Below, piece after piece: positions 1 through 14,100 of a stretch of DNA of 64,000 bases (position 1 is its first letter; the number at the start of each line of letters is the position of its first letter). The notes beneath the pieces are model-generated. The model did no database searches. It was not told where the DNA came from and saw only the letters and a program-made list of their open reading frames with translations. The position numbers were made by a program, and so were the translations under genes. This DNA comes from Macrostomum lignano (taxonomy: Eukaryota), in NCBI GenBank assembly GCA_002269645.1, contig NIVC01002180.1, forward strand, positions 1 through 64,000. Reading direction: 5' to 3'.

Positions 1-360
1 ACTGCCAAAGCAATACAAAATGCCAAAAAGGCCCTTTATTGTTGCAATGCCTCTTGGCCCCAGCACACACTTGGTGACCCTTGATGTAGGCCTTGTACCT
101 TGGAAAGTGACCCCATGGCACATTTTTGCTAGACCCTATTCCAATTGGGCTATATATACTTGTATAAACCATGCAATTGTCTACGGTCAAGACTATTGTT
201 TATAGGACTGTTTCACTTTTGTAGCCAAACAATATTTAGTGCAATAATGCAATTCAGTTTTATTTTAGCAGCATGGTTGACAGCTAAATTATTAAATTTG
301 TCTATTCATTAATAGCAAGAGCAATCAATGTATAATTTAGTTAATGTATATGTTCAATGG

Positions 361-546
361 ACTGGGGTCGCTAGACCAATAGCCCTGGCTAATGCAGGCA
401 CCCATTTTATAGCTGGCTGCACTGAAGCTATGCAGAATTTAGCAGAAATATGTGTCTTGCTCAAGGACACAGATTGTCCTGGTGAGATCGTGAATCGAAC
501 CCCCGACCTTCAAGTTGTGAGCCCGACACTCTAACCACTAGGCTAC
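361..546 (-). mobile_element. tRNA-derived SINE (tRNA-Val(CAC)-like head) in an intron of the bZIP gene
   Basis: Minus strand reads GTAGCCTAGTGGTTAGAG (Pol III A box), TCGGG-CTCACAA-CTTGA (anticodon arm, CAC) and GGTTCGATTC (B box). The acceptor stem does not pair. It continues into TGTGTCCTTGAGCAAGACAC...AAAATGGGTGCC, resembling the central domain of metazoan tRNA-SINEs. Confidence 0.7.
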
Positions 547-570
547 AATACAAATTGTCACACTTTACAG

Positions 571-1078
571 CCGTCACCTAGCAAGTCAAACGCGGAGCCG
601 CGCCAGCTGGCATCGTCCGGTCAACAGGTTTGCCAATTGCCGCCGTTAGTTGCGGCGCCAAGTTTCACTGCACCAATTGGCGCCTTTGTTAATATTGGCA
701 CCAGCGGAGAAGGCAAGCGAGCTGCGAAACTGCAACAGCTTATCAGCTGGTGGCTCCCGCGTTTAATTTCCCGGCGTCAACTTTGGCGTCTTCTTCTACG
801 CCGGTGCCCGGCTGCGATGCAGCTGGAGGCAGCGCCGGCGGCGGTAGCGGCGGTCCATCGTCGACATCGTCATCTGTCCTGATCGAGCCGGCGAGCCTTC
901 CGATTATCAGAAAAGGAAGCGAGCGAATCGGCTAGAGAAGAATCGAGAAGCGGCCAGAATCTGCCGACAGAAGAAGAAAGACTATATAAAGTGTTTGGAG
1001 TCGCGCGTTCGACTGCTCACTGCTCAGAATCGGCAGCTGATGGAAGAGTTGGAAAAGTTTAAAGTACTGCTCCGATGA
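571..1078 (+). CDS. CREB: CREB/ATF1/CREM-type bZIP transcription factor, 3' exons (5' part probably outside the window)
   Basis: 902-1078 translates DYQKRKRANRLEKNREAARICRQKKKDYIKCLESRVRLLTAQNRQLMEELEKFKVLLR*, matching the CREB basic region and zipper (RLMKNREAARECRRKKKEYVKCLENRV). Upstream exon 571-627 has tttacag| and |gtttgc. The junction between 627 and about 900 is ambiguous. Confidence 0.85.
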
Positions 1079-1589
1079 CTGAGCGAACAGCCAGGCTGTG
1101 TTTTAATCTAAGCTGAGCATTCATACACCAACAGGTAGCATGCAGTGTAAATTGTTTTACTATACCGGAGGTTTATATAAGATACAAACATATTTAATAG
1201 TTTTTTGTTACTATGTTTGTCTATTGTTTTTTGTGGCTTTCGTTAGTTTGTTTTGTATTTTTGTCACTTGGTAATAATACTATTATATGAATTCAACTTT
1301 CTAAGCTTTTTGTTTAACTTTTAAAATTCGATATTGTGTTGCTTGCGCCTCGCCATTTGGTCTTCTGGTTGTTTTTAATTTGCTTTTAGTTTTGCTATAC
1401 GTGTGAGCAGATAATATAGCTTTGTTTTATTTAGCTTCTTCAGTATTGTGAATAAAAAAGAATCTGGTTCTGCGTTTAGAGAATATTGATTAAAATGAGT
1501 AGCTGTTTATAACCACTACCCACTACTACACTTATGTGTATTGTTTCTAATTAACCAAGCCTAGGTTAATTAAATGTGCATCAAAATCT

Positions 1590-2090
1590 TTCCTATCCCA
1601 ATCTACACAGCCCAATGTATACGAACCACACTCCTGCCCCAATGTACACCAACCCACACTTCTGCCCAATATACACCAACCCTCACTCCTGCCCCAATGT
1701 ACTCCAACCCTCACTCCTCCAATGTACACCAACCCTCACTCCTCCAATGTACACCAACCCTCACTCCTCCAATGTACTCCAACCCTCACTCCTCCAATGT
1801 ACTCCAACCCTCACTCCTCCAATGTACACCAACCCTCACTCCTGCCCGAATGTACACCGCCCTCACTCCTGCCCCAATGTACACCAATCCTCACTCCTGC
1901 CCAAAAGTACACCAACCACACTCCTGCCGAATGTACACCGCCCTCACTCCTGCCCCAATGTACACCAACCAACCCAACTCCTGCCCGAATGTACACTGCC
2001 CACACTCCTGCCCAATGTACACCAACCAACCCCAACTCCTGCCCGAATGTACACCGCCCTCACTCCTGCCCCAATGTACAACCTTATTAA
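1590..2090. repeat. Minisatellite, 25-28 bp unit (AATGTACACCAACCCTCACTCCT[G]CC)
   Basis: Directly visible tandem repeat; source of the ORFs at 1574-2149. Confidence 0.95.
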
Positions 2091-2924
2091 AGATTAAAAA
2101 GAACGCCCAGAGATGGTTAATTAGGGACCAATTAGTTTTGAACAAGTAATCTACTAGTGCTCTTATTAATTTGTCTGTCTGAGGTATTTTAGTACGCTTT
2201 TCACTTTAAAATTGAAAAAAGCTTGTCTAGTGCTTGTCTTTGCCAATTCATTATGTGAATACTCTTGTTCAGTTTTATTTCATAAATTGCTGAACAATTT
2301 ACTTGTTATTGTCTGTAATGCTATGACCTCTATTTTTGCTTCGCATCGGTCATTTACACATGCCCCTAGTTTAGCCCATTATTGTGTCAATAGTTCCTCT
2401 CGCCTCACAGATAACTTGTCACATTCTAAAAGTAAGTTCTATTTGTCCTGAATATCATATCGAAGTCTCTAAAATTATTTATTGAATCATATCATCCAGA
2501 TCAGGTTACAGTTGCCAAGTGTTGAGGGCTAGATATGTATGAACATTAGACCTGTTTTATCCTCTGCATCAATAAGAGATGTTATCGTATTTACTGTCGT
2601 AAATCCAGTTGTATTGACAGTCTGTGATTTGAATTCGGCTATATTGTTATTACATTATATGTATAAGTGTGCTTCTTTCTGAATCGTGAATGCTTTTTAT
2701 CCAGTTTTTTTGTCTGGTTTTACTTTTTTATTATTTTAATAAACACATCAAAACACTATTTTATGTTGCTATTTGTTCACTAGTCGAATTGGATTGTTAT
2801 TCATTTGTTTTGCTTAGTAAAGTATTATTACCTTAATATCATATAATTATAGTCATAATATAATTAAAAACCATGTTAATATACCACTCTCTCTTTTCTC
2901 TGATTTATTGCTGAAAGCGACTCT

Positions 2925-3870
2925 CTGTGGTGATCCCATATTGAGAATCTGCCTTTTTGATCCCACATTAAGAATCTCCCTCTCTGATCCCATATTGGGA
3001 ATCTCCTTCTCTGATCCCATATTGAGAATCTCCCTCTCTGATCACATTCATAATCTCCCTCTCTGATCCCATATTGAGAATCTCCTCTGATCCCATATTG
3101 AAAATCTCCCTCTCTGATCACATTCATAATCTCCCTCTCTGATCCCATATTGAGAATCTCCCCCCCTCCTCTGATCCCATATTCAGAATCTCCCTCTCTG
3201 ATCTCATATTAATAATCTCCCTCTCTGATCCCATATTGAGAATCTCCCTCTCTGATCGCATTCATAATCTCCCTCTCTGATCCCATATTGAGAATCTCCC
3301 CCCTCCTCTGATCCCATATTCAGAATCTCCCTCTCTGATCTCATATTAATAATCTCCCTCTGTGATCCCACATTAAGAATCTCCCTCTCTGATCCCATAT
3401 TGAGAATCTCCTCTGATCCCATATTGAGAATCTCCCTCTCTGATCACATTCATAATCTCCCTCTCTGATCCCATATTGAGAATCTCCTCTGATCCCATAT
3501 TCAGAATCTCCCTCTCTGATCTCATATTAATAATCTCCCTCTCTGATCCCATATTGAGAATCTCCCTCTCTGATCACATTCATAATCTCCCTCTCTGATC
3601 CCATATTGAGAATCTCCCCCCTCCTCTGATCCCATATTCAGAATCTCCCTCTCTGATCTCATATTAATAATCTCCCTCTCTGATCCCATATTGGGAATCT
3701 CCTTCTCTGATCCCATATTGAGAATCTCCCTCTCTGATCACATTCATAATCTCCCTCTCTGATCCCATATTGAGAATCTCCTCTGATTCCATACTGAAAA
3801 TCTCCTCTGATCCCATATTGAGAATCTCCTCTGATTCCATACTGAGAATCTCCTCTAATCCCATATTGGG
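2925..3870. repeat. Minisatellite, about 27 bp unit (CTCTCTGATCCCATATTGAGAATCTCC)
   Basis: Tandem copies with recurring variant units. Confidence 0.95.
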
Positions 3871-4854
3871 AATGGTCCTAAATCCACGGAAAAATGTCTT
3901 CAGTACTCCTCAGGAACGCCTCTTTCATATCTCCTACTCGGGGACTGTACTTGTGTAGCTGCTGTAAAATCCAGAGGGTCAGGAAGTGCAGTTAGCTAGT
4001 GCACACTACTTTCCCCTTCAAGCGACATTGATAAGGTCCTAGGGATTCCTGATTTGCAACTGTTTTTTTCTCCCAATCATATTTTCTGCCTTCACGCATC
4101 GAGCTTCCTCAATAGTAATTATCGCTCTACTAGCCCTTATCACCCACGGCCACCTGTTCCACTTTAATACACGCGGCATATTCGCACTTTCCGCTGACTG
4201 TGTCCCAGTTGCTGTGTAGCCTTATACTAAACTTGAAGAAGCGAAATCCCAGATGCACATCCCCCCCCTGGCCCATCTCCCAACCTCATCAGGCACACAC
4301 CTGTACGAGTGACTTGTTCGAATGCGCAGAAATATTTACCTAGAAAAAGCACTATTTTGGTTTATGGAAAGCAGCAAATTAATGGGTCGATTGTTTAATG
4401 GACTGTCGTTTTTCTTTCACTTTTCTTCTTTCTGGTTGCCTCTTGCCATCGACCAACCCTTTGCTTAGTACTTTAGTCAGAATCGTATTCCATTTATTGG
4501 AAAAGATTTTTACGTTAGTAACCTGATCCCAACAGTGATTATTCTTCAATTATCTCTACTCTCTCTCTCTGCCTTCTGGCTTTCATCTGCTGCTATGTTC
4601 GGACAGGTATAGGACGAGTCTGTTGGAATTCGAATGTCCTAGGTATTTAACGTATAATCTTCTTCAGACATTTCTAACATACATTTATCAATTTGATCGC
4701 CTGCTAAGTATGCTACTTGCGTTTCCTTGCTAAGTAGCAAGTATAGTCTACAAGTATTATAATAATTAGATAATAACTAAGTAAATAAGCTTTCACGCCT
4801 TTTGACATAAATATTAAAAATTCGGTCAAGAAATTTGTTTTGGAACGTGGATTA

Positions 4855-4876
4855 GACAGACGCACAAACAGGCAAT

Positions 4877-4911
<35 letters not shown>

Positions 4912-4925
4912 GGACAGACAGACAT

Positions 4926-4956
<31 letters not shown>

Positions 4957-5001
4957 TACAGACAGACAGACAGACAGACAGACACAATGACAGACAGACA
5001 C

Positions 5002-5040
<39 letters not shown>

Positions 5041-5041
5041 C

Positions 5042-5080
<39 letters not shown>

Positions 5081-5110
5081 CACAGACAGACAGACACACA
5101 GACAGACAGA
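4855..5110. repeat. (GACA)n microsatellite
   Basis: About 60 GACA units with CACA/TACA interruptions, just upstream of RPS16. Confidence 0.97.
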
Positions 5111-5174
5111 ATCTAATCCTGTTTGACGATAATCTACACGTCAATCATTGCATGCCAACAGTAACCGAGGCGGT

Positions 5175-5618
5175 ATGGCTACGCGTCCGAATCCCTCACA
5201 GGCGGTGCAAGTGTTCGGCCGCAAGAAGACGGCCACAGCCGTTGCTCATTGCAAGTCCGGCCGCGGCCTGATCCACGTCAATGGCCGACCATTGAAGCTG
5301 GTGGAGCCGCGGGCACTCCAGTACAAACTGCAGGAGCCTGTGCTGCTACTTGGCGAGGACAAGTTCAAAGGTGTGGACATCCGGATTCGCGTGAAAGGTG
5401 GCGGCCGGATCGCTCAGGTGTACGCTATTAGACAGGCTCTGAGCAAATCTCTGGTAGCTTATTATCAGAAATTTGTTGACGAGGCTAGCAAGAAGGAGAT
5501 CAAGGATCTGCTAATCTCTTACGATAAGTCTCTGCTAGTTGCGGATCCGCGTCGTTGCGAGCCGAAGAAATTCGGCGGTCCGGGTGCCCGAGCTCGCTAC
5601 CAGAAATCCTACCGCTAA
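5175..5618 (+). CDS. RPS16: 40S ribosomal protein S16 (uS9), single coding exon, 147 aa
   Basis: [27 protein letters not shown]...[11 protein letters not shown]...[25 protein letters not shown]. The ATG at 5175 gives canonical length; the ORF-track start at 5148 lies upstream of a likely acceptor (caacag| at 5161). Confidence 0.97.
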   Translation: MATRPNPSQAVQVFGRKKTATAVAHCKSGRGLIHVNGRPLKLVEPRALQYKLQEPVLLLGEDKFKGVDIRIRVKGGGRIAQVYAIRQALSKSLVAYYQKFVDEASKKEIKDLLISYDKSLLVADPRRCEPKKFGGPGARARYQKSYR

Positions 5619-5853
5619 TTGCGGCAGTTTTGCTCGGCTTTTGTGGATTATTGATTCATATGAAAGTTAGAGACTGCGATTAACAGTTTGAGAGGCTGCT
5701 AGATTTCCATCGGTGGTGTAATTGAAATATACGCTAGTATTGTTTAACAGGGTGGCCCTGACCCCCTGTTGCGTTGTGCTGGCTCTTGGATTGAATGCTT
5801 CGCTTTGTCTCTTTACTTTCGATCTGAGTTTGATAGTTTGATAAAATTTATTG

Positions 5854-7988
5854 TGATCAATCTCAGCAATTCTCTATTGATCAATCTCAGCAATTCTCTA
5901 TTGATCAATCTCAGCGATTCTCTATTGATCAATCTCAGCGATTCCCTATTGATCAATCTCAGCAATTCTCTATTGATCAATCTCAGCGATTCTCTATTGA
6001 TCAATCTCAGCGATTCCCTATTGATCAATCTCAGCAATTCTCTATTGATCAATCTCAGCGATTCTCTATTGATCAATCTCAGCAGTTCTCTACTGATCAA
6101 TCTCAGCAATTCTCTATTGATCAATCTCAGCGATTCTCTATTGATCAATCTCAGCAATTCTCTATTGATCAATCTCAGCAGTTCTCTATTGATCAATCTC
6201 AGCAATTCTCTATTGATCAATCTCAGCGATTCTCTATTGATCAATCTCAGCAATTCCCTATTGATCAATCTCAGCGATTCCCCATTGATCAATCTCAGCA
6301 ATTCCCCATTGATCAATCTCAGCAATTCCCCATTGATCAATCTCAGCAATTCCCCATTGATCAATCTCAGCAATTCCCCATTGATCAATCTCAGCGATTC
6401 CCTATTGATCAATCTCAGCAATTCCCCATTGATCAATCTCAGCGATTCCCCATTGATCAATCTCAGCGATTCCCTATTGATCAATCTCAGCGATTCCCCA
6501 TTGATCAATCTCAGCAATTCCCCATTGATCAATCTCAGCGATTCCCTATTGATCAATCTCAGCGATTCCCCATTGATCAATCTCAGCGATTCCCCATTGA
6601 TCAATCTCAGCGATTCCCTATTGATCAATCTCAGCGATTCCCCATTGATCAATCTCAGCAATTCCCCATTGATCAATCTCAGCAATTCCCCATTGATCAA
6701 TCTCAGCAATTCCCTATTGATCAATCTCAGCGATTCCCCATTGATCAATCTCAGCAATTCTCTATTGATCAATCTCAGCAGTTCTCTATTGATCAATCTC
6801 AGCGATTCCCCATTGATCAATCTCAGCGATTTCCCATTGATCAATCTCAGCAATTCTCTATTGATCAATCTCAGCAGTTCTCTATTGATCAATCTCAGCA
6901 ATTCTCCATTGATCAATCTCAGCAATTCTCTATTGATCAATCTCAGCAATTCTCTATTGATCAATCTCAGCAATTCTCTATTGATCAATCTCAGCAATTC
7001 TCTATTGATCAATCTCAGCAATTCTCCATTGATCAATCTCAGCAATTCTCTATTGATCAATCTCAGCAATTCTCTATTGATCAATCTCAGCAATTCTCCA
7101 TTGATCAATCTCAGCAATTCCCCATTGATCAATCTCAGCGATTCCCCATTGATCAATCTCAGCGATTCCCCATTGATCAATCTCAGCGATTCCCCATTGA
7201 TCAATCTCAGCGATTCCCCATTGATCAATCTCAGCGATTCCCCATTGATCAATCTCAGCAATTCCCCATTGATCAATCTCAGCAATTCCCCATTTATCAA
7301 TTTCAGCGATTCTCTATTGATCAATTTCAGCGATTCTCTATTGATCAATCTCAGCGATTCCCCATTGATCAATTTCAGCGATTCTCTATTGATCAATTTC
7401 AGCGATTCTCTATTGATCAATTTCAGCAATTCCCCATTGATCAATTTCAGCGATTCTCTATTGATCAATCTCAGCGATTCCCTATTGATCAATCTCAGCG
7501 ATTCCCCATTGATCAATCTCAGCAATTCCCCATTGATTAATCTCAGCAATTCCCCATTGATCAATCTCAGCGATTCTCTATTGATCAATTTCAGCAATTC
7601 CCCATTGATCAATTTCAGGGATTCTCTATTGATCAATCTCAGCGATTCCCTATTGATCAATCTCAGCGATTCCCCATTGATCAATCTCAGCAATTCCCCA
7701 TTGATTAATCTCAGCAATTCCCCATTGATCAATCTCAGCGATTCCCCATTGATCAATCTCAGCAATTCCCCATTGATCAATCTCAGCAATTCCCCATTGA
7801 TCAATCTCAGCAATTCCCCATTGATCAATCTCAGCAATTCCCCATTGATCAATTTCAGCGATTCCCCATTGATCAATCTCAGCAATTCCCCATTGATCAA
7901 TTTCAGCGATTCCCCATTGATCAATCTCAGCAATTCCCCATTGATCAATCTCAGCGATTCCCCATTGATCAATCTCAGCAATTCTCCT
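5854..7988. repeat. Minisatellite, 24 bp unit (TTGATCAATCTCAGC[A/G]ATTC[T/C]C[T/C]A), about 88 copies
   Basis: Tandem array containing the palindrome ATTGATCAAT. The 3n unit is stop-free on both strands, giving the spurious 777-aa and 755-aa ORFs. Confidence 0.97.
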
Positions 7989-8172
7989 TTTGAAGTCAAC
8001 AGGATGAAATCGAATTCCAGTTGTAGCAGAAGCCATAAGCAATTATTCACATTAAAAATGCAATTACAGCGACGCTCCATTGCCGCATGCAGCTCTCAGT
8101 AGCGAAGTTGAGGTCAGCATCGGCAACTGTCGATCAAAGTCGTGGTGTCATCTGGTGGCATACTTTATAAGT

Positions 8173-11100
8173 ATGAACCCGCTGTCTATTAGTAGGGCCC
8201 GCCGGTTTAAGGGCCGTCATCGTGGCGGCCTCGGCGGAGGTGGCGGAAGCTGCCAGCTGGAACAGGTGAGGCGCTGAGGCATTTATTGAGTTGAGTGCTC
8301 TGTTTATCATTAGATTAGAAATATTGAATCCTTTTGGATAGGATTAAGCGGAGAGGCAATTTTCCTTTAATAGGGAGTCGTGAACTGGTATTTATCCCTT
8401 GCGGTATTAATCCCCTGGTGGGATTTTATCGAGTAGTGTTAATCCCTAGTAAGATTTTATCGAGTAGTGTTAATCCCCTAGTGTCGGACTTTATCGAGTA
8501 AGATAGTGTTAATCCCCTAGTGTGGGACTTTATCGAGTAAGATAGTGTTAATCCCCTAGTGTGGGATTTTATCGAGTAGTGTTAATCCCCTAGTGTGGGA
8601 TTTTATCGAGTAGTGTTAATCCCCTAGTGTGGGATTTTATCGAGTAGTGTTGATCCCCTAGTGTGGGATTTTATCGAGTAGTGTTGATCCCCTAGTGTGG
8701 GATTTTATCGAGTAGTGTTAATCCTCTAGTGTGGGATTTTATCGAGTAGTGTTAATCCCCTAGTGTGGGATTTTATCGAGTAGTGTTAATCCCCTAGTGT
8801 GGGATTTTATCGAGTAAGATAGTGTTAATCCCCTAGTGTGGGATTTTATCGAGTAGTGTTAATCCCCTAGTGTGGGATTTTATCGAGTAGTGTTAATCCC
8901 CTAGTGTGGGATTTTATCGAGTAGTGTTAATCCCCTAGTGTGGGATTTTATCGAGTAAGATAGTGTTAATCCCTAGTGTGGGATTTTATCGAGTAGTGTT
9001 AATCCCCTAGTGTGGGATTTTATCGAGTAGTGTTAATCCCTAGTGTGGGATTTTATCGAGTAGTGTTAATCCCCTAGTGTGGGATTTTATCGAGTAGTGT
9101 TAATCCCCTAGTGTGGGATTTTATCGAGTAGTGTTAATCCCCTAGTGTGGGATTTTATCGAGTAGTGTTAATCCCCTAGTGTGGGATTTTATCGAGTAGT
9201 GTTAATCCCCTAGTGTGGGATTTTATCGAGTAGTGTTAATCCCCTAGTGTGGGATTTTATCGAGTAAGATAGTGTTAATCCCCTAGTGTGGGATTTTATC
9301 GAGTAGTGTTAATCCTCTAGTGTGGGATTTTATCGAGTAGTGTTAATCCCCTAGTGTGGGATTTTATCGAGTAGTGTTAATCCCCTAGTGTGGGATTTTA
9401 TCGAGTAGTGTTAATCCTCTAGTGTGGGATTTTATCGAGTAGTGTTAATCCCCTAGTGTGGGATTTTATCGAGTAGTGTTAATCCCCTAGTGTGGGATTT
9501 TATCGAGTAGTGTTAATCCCTAGTGTGGGATTTTATCGAGTAGTGTTAATCCCCTAGTGTGGGATTTTATCGAGTAAGATAGTGTTAATCCCCTAGTGTG
9601 GGATTTTATCGAGTAGTGTTAATCCTCTAGTGTGGGATTTTATCGAGTAGTGTTAATCCTCTAGTGTGGGATTTTATCGAGTAGTGTTAATCCTCTAGTG
9701 TGGGATTTTATCGAGTAGTGTTAATCCCTAGTGTGGGATTTTATCGAGTAGTGTTAATCCCCTAGTGTGGGATTTTATCGAGTAGTGTTAATCCCCTAGT
9801 GTGGGATTTTATCGAGTAGTGTTGATCCCCTAGTGTGGGATTTTATCGAGTAGTGTTGATCCCCTAGTGTGGGATTTTATCGAGTAGTGTTAATCCTCTA
9901 GTGTGGGATTTTATCGAGTAGTGTTAATCCTCTAGTGTGGGATTTTATCGAGTAGTGTTAATCCCCTAGTGTGGGATTTTATCGAGTAGTGTTAATCCCC
10001 TAGTGTGGGATTTTATCGAGTAAGATAGTGTTAATCCCCTAGTGTGGGATTTTATCGAGTAGTGTTAATCCTCTAGTGTGGGATTTTATCGAGTAGTGTT
10101 AATCCCCTAGTGTGGGATTTTATCGAGTAGTGTTAATCCCCTAGTGTGGGATTTTATCGAGTAAGATAGTGTTAATCCCCTAGTGTGGGATTTTATCGAG
10201 TAGTGTTAATCCTCTAGTGTGGGATTTTATCGAGTAAGATAGTGTTAATCCCCTAGTGTGGGATTTTATCGAGTAAGATAGTGTTAATCCCCTAGTGTGG
10301 GATTTTATCGAGTTGTGTTAATCCCCTAGTGTGGGATTTTATCGAGTAGTGTTAAACCCCCGGTGGGATTTTATCGAATAGTATTAATCCACTTTGCGGG
10401 ATTCTATTGAGTAGTGTTGATCCCCTTATGAGATTTTTTGAGTAGTATTAATCCCATAGAAAGATTTTATCCGCTGCTGTCGATCCCTAAATTGTTATAA
10501 TATTTTCTTCGTAATATCAAAAAATCTCGAAAGCTGAGTTAAGAGGGCCCATTGACCCATTAGTTGTTTTCCTAGGTTTCTATTAAGCTACCAATAGTTT
10601 AATGCTGGGTAATCCCAATCCGCAGGTGTCCCTTGAGCGAGTGCTGGGTCTCACAGCCCTAGGCAGCATCAGCTTGGACAGCTCCAGCGGCAGAGTTGCC
10701 TACCCGGCCGGCGCCGCTATTGTACTGCTTGACCCGGCCTCCAATAGGCAATCATTTGTGCGCGGCTCGCACAAGAAATCTCTGACCTGTTTAAAGTTCA
10801 GTCACGACGGGCGTCACGTGGCAACGGGCGAGAGCGGCAAAGATCCGCTGGTGCGAGTCTGGTCTGTTGAAGATGGCGGCAGCCTGGTGGCTAAGCTGGC
10901 TGGACACAGGTGCGTCATTAAGATCCTGTGTGAGATGAGTGGCTTCAGTGTCATTAGAGTGCAGCTGTGTATCAAAGGATTCCATTCAGTTGCACACCAT
11001 CCAATGTCACTCAGCTGTGTATCATAGAATTCCATTCAGTTGCACACCATCCAATGTCACTCAGCTGTGTATCATAGAATTCCATTCAGTTGCACACCAT

Positions 11101-14100
11101 CCAATGTCACTCAGCTGTGTATCATAGAATTCCATTCAGTTGCACACCATCCAATGTCACTCAGCTGTGTATCATAGAATTCCATTCAGTTGCACACCAT
11201 CCAATGTCACTCAGCTGTGTATCATAGAATTCCATTCAGTTGCACACCATCCAATGTCACTCAGCTGTGTATCATAGAATTCCATTCAGTTGCACACCAT
11301 CCAATGTCACTCAGCTGTGTATCATAGAATTCCATTCAGTTGCACACCATCCAATGTCACTCAGCTGTGTATCATAGAATTCCATTCAGTTGCACACCAT
11401 CCAATGTCACTCAGCTGTGTATCATAGAATTCCATTCAGTTGCACACCATCCAATGTCACTCAGCTGTGTATCATAGAATTCCATTCAGTTGCACACCAT
11501 CCAATGTCACTCAGCTGTGTATCATAGAATTCCATTCAGTTGCACACCATCCAATGTCACTCAGCTGTGTATCATAGAATTCCATTCAGTTGCACACCAT
11601 CCAATGTCACTCAGCTGTGTATCATAGAATTCCATTCAGTTGCACACCATCCAATGTCACTCAGCTGTGTATCATAGAATTCATTCAGTTGCACACCATC
11701 CAATGTCACTCAGCTGTGTATCATAGAATTCCATTCAATTGCACACCATCCAATGTCACTCAGCTGTGTATCATAGAATTCCATTCAGTTGCACACCATC
11801 CAATGTCACTCAGCTGTGTATCATAGAATTCCATTCAGTTGCACACCATCCAATGTCACTCAGCTGTGTACCATAGAATTCCATTCAATTGCACACCATC
11901 CAATGTCACTCAGCTGTGTCATAGAATTCCATTCAATTGCACACCATCCAATGTCACTCAGCTGTGTACCATAGAATTCCATTCAATTGCACACCATCCG
12001 ATGTCACTCAGCTGTGTACCAAAGAATTGAACATACCATTCAATTGCACACCACCCAGTGTCACAGTCACTAAAAGACTGGCCTCCACTGGTCTTCTAAC
12101 CTTGCAGATACGCCATTAGCTGCCTAGACTTCAGCCCATCGTCTCGCCTGCTAGTAAGCGTTGGCGTCGAGCAGGACATGACCGTCAGCCTGTGGGACTG
12201 GCGAGCCGAGAGTCGCCTAGCAACTAACAAAGTATCATCGAAGATATTCGCCGTAGCTTTCGCTTTCAGCGCGCACTATTTTGTCACTGTCGGCGTGAGA
12301 CACGTTCGATTTTGGTATTTCGACGCGCCTAAGCCGCCTAGCCGCGGCACCGTGCCAATTCAGAGTCGCAACGCTATACTGGGCGAGATGCGTAATGCCA
12401 CCTTTGTCGGCGTGCATCCCCTGCCAGACGGCGGCGGCCTGCTGGCGCTGAGCAACAGCGGCCAGCTGTGCCATTTCTCCGAGCGTCGGCATGTTGAACG
12501 TTTCGTAGAATTGCGAACTAGCCGGGCCTTCTGTCTGCACGGCGCCGCTGGTCGCGTGTTTGTTGGCTGCGCCCGGGGCTGCGTTAGGGTGAGCTGCAGT
12601 GTAGTGTTGCTATCGTCACCCTCTATCCAACTGATAGTCATCACCCTCTATCCAACTGATAGTCATCACCCTCCATCCAACTGATAGTCATCACCCTCCA
12701 TCCAACTGATAGTCATCACCCTCCATCCAACTGATAGTCATCACCCTCTATCCAACTGATAATCATCGCCCTCTATCCAACTGATAGTCACCGCCCTCTA
12801 TCCAACTGATAATCATCGCCCTCTATCCAACTGATAATCATCGCCCTCTATCCAACTGATAATCATCGCCCTCTATCCAACTGATAGTCACTGCCCTCTA
12901 TCCAACTGATAATCATCGCCCTCTATCCAACTGATAATCATCGCCCTCTATCCAACTGATAATCATCGCCCTCTATCCAACTGATAATCATCGCCCTCTA
13001 TCCAACTGATAATCATCGCCCTCTATCCAACTGATAATCATCGCCCTCTATCCAACTGATAATCATCGCCCTCTATCCAACTGATAGTCACTGCCCTCTA
13101 TCCAACTGATAATCATCGCCCTCTATCCAACTGATAATCATCGCCCTCTATCCAACTGATAATCATCGCCCTCTATCCAACTGATAATCATCGCCCTCTA
13201 TCCAACTGATAGTCACTGCCCTCTATCCAACTGATAATCATCGCCCTCTATCCAACTGATAATTATCGCCCTCTATCCAACTGATAATCATCGCCCTCTA
13301 TCCAACTGATAATTATCGCCCTCTATCCAACTGATAATCATCGCCCTCTATCCAACTGATAATCATCGCCCTCTATCCAACTGATAATCATCGCCCTCTA
13401 TCCAACTGATAATCATCGCCCTCTATCCAACTGAAAATCATCGCCCTCTATCCAACTGATAATCATCGCCCTCTATCCAACTGATAATCATCGCCCTCTA
13501 TCCAACTGATAATCATCGCCCTCTATCCAACTGATAGTCACTGCCCTCTATCCAACTGATAATCATCGCCCTCTATCCAACTGATAATCATCGCCCTCTA
13601 TCCAACTGATAATCATCGCCCTCTATCCAACTGATAATCATCGCCCTCTATCCAACTGATAGTCACTGCCCTCTATCCAACTGATAATCATCGCCCTCTA
13701 TCCAACTGATAATCATCGCCCTCTATCCAACTGATAATCATCGCCCTCTATCCAACTGATAATCATCGCCCTCTATCCAACTGATAATCATCGCCCTCTA
13801 TCCAACTGATAATCATCGCCCTCTATCCAACTGATAATCATCGCCCTCTATCCAACTGATAGTCACTGCCCTCTATCCAACTGATAATCATCGCCCTCTA
13901 TCCAACTGATAATCATCGCCCTCTATCCAACTGATAATCATCGCCCTCTATCCAACTGATAATCATCGCCCTCTATCCAACTGATAGTCACTGCCCTCTA
14001 TCCAACTGATAATCATCGCCCTCTATCCAACTGATAATTATCGCCCTCTATCCAACTGATAATCATCGCCCTCTATCCAACTGATAATTATCGCCCTCTA

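Noticed and set aside
475-550. Functional tRNA-Val(CAC) gene
   Set aside because: The acceptor stem does not pair, and the sequence continues into a SINE-like body without a T-run terminator.
5175-5618. RPS16 as a processed pseudogene
   Set aside because: The ORF is intact and conserved, with no poly(A) remnant or TSD; being intronless is not sufficient evidence.
5769-8102. 777-aa (+) and 755-aa (-) ORFs with LRR-looking LINLSNS repeats
   Set aside because: Products of a 24-bp (3n) tandem array that is open on both strands; no unique domain or credible start context.
8425-10450. CRISPR-like array (34-bp repeats with an internal hairpin)
   Set aside because: Units are head-to-tail with no unique spacers, there are no cas genes, and the array sits in a eukaryotic intron. 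The same applies to all other arrays.
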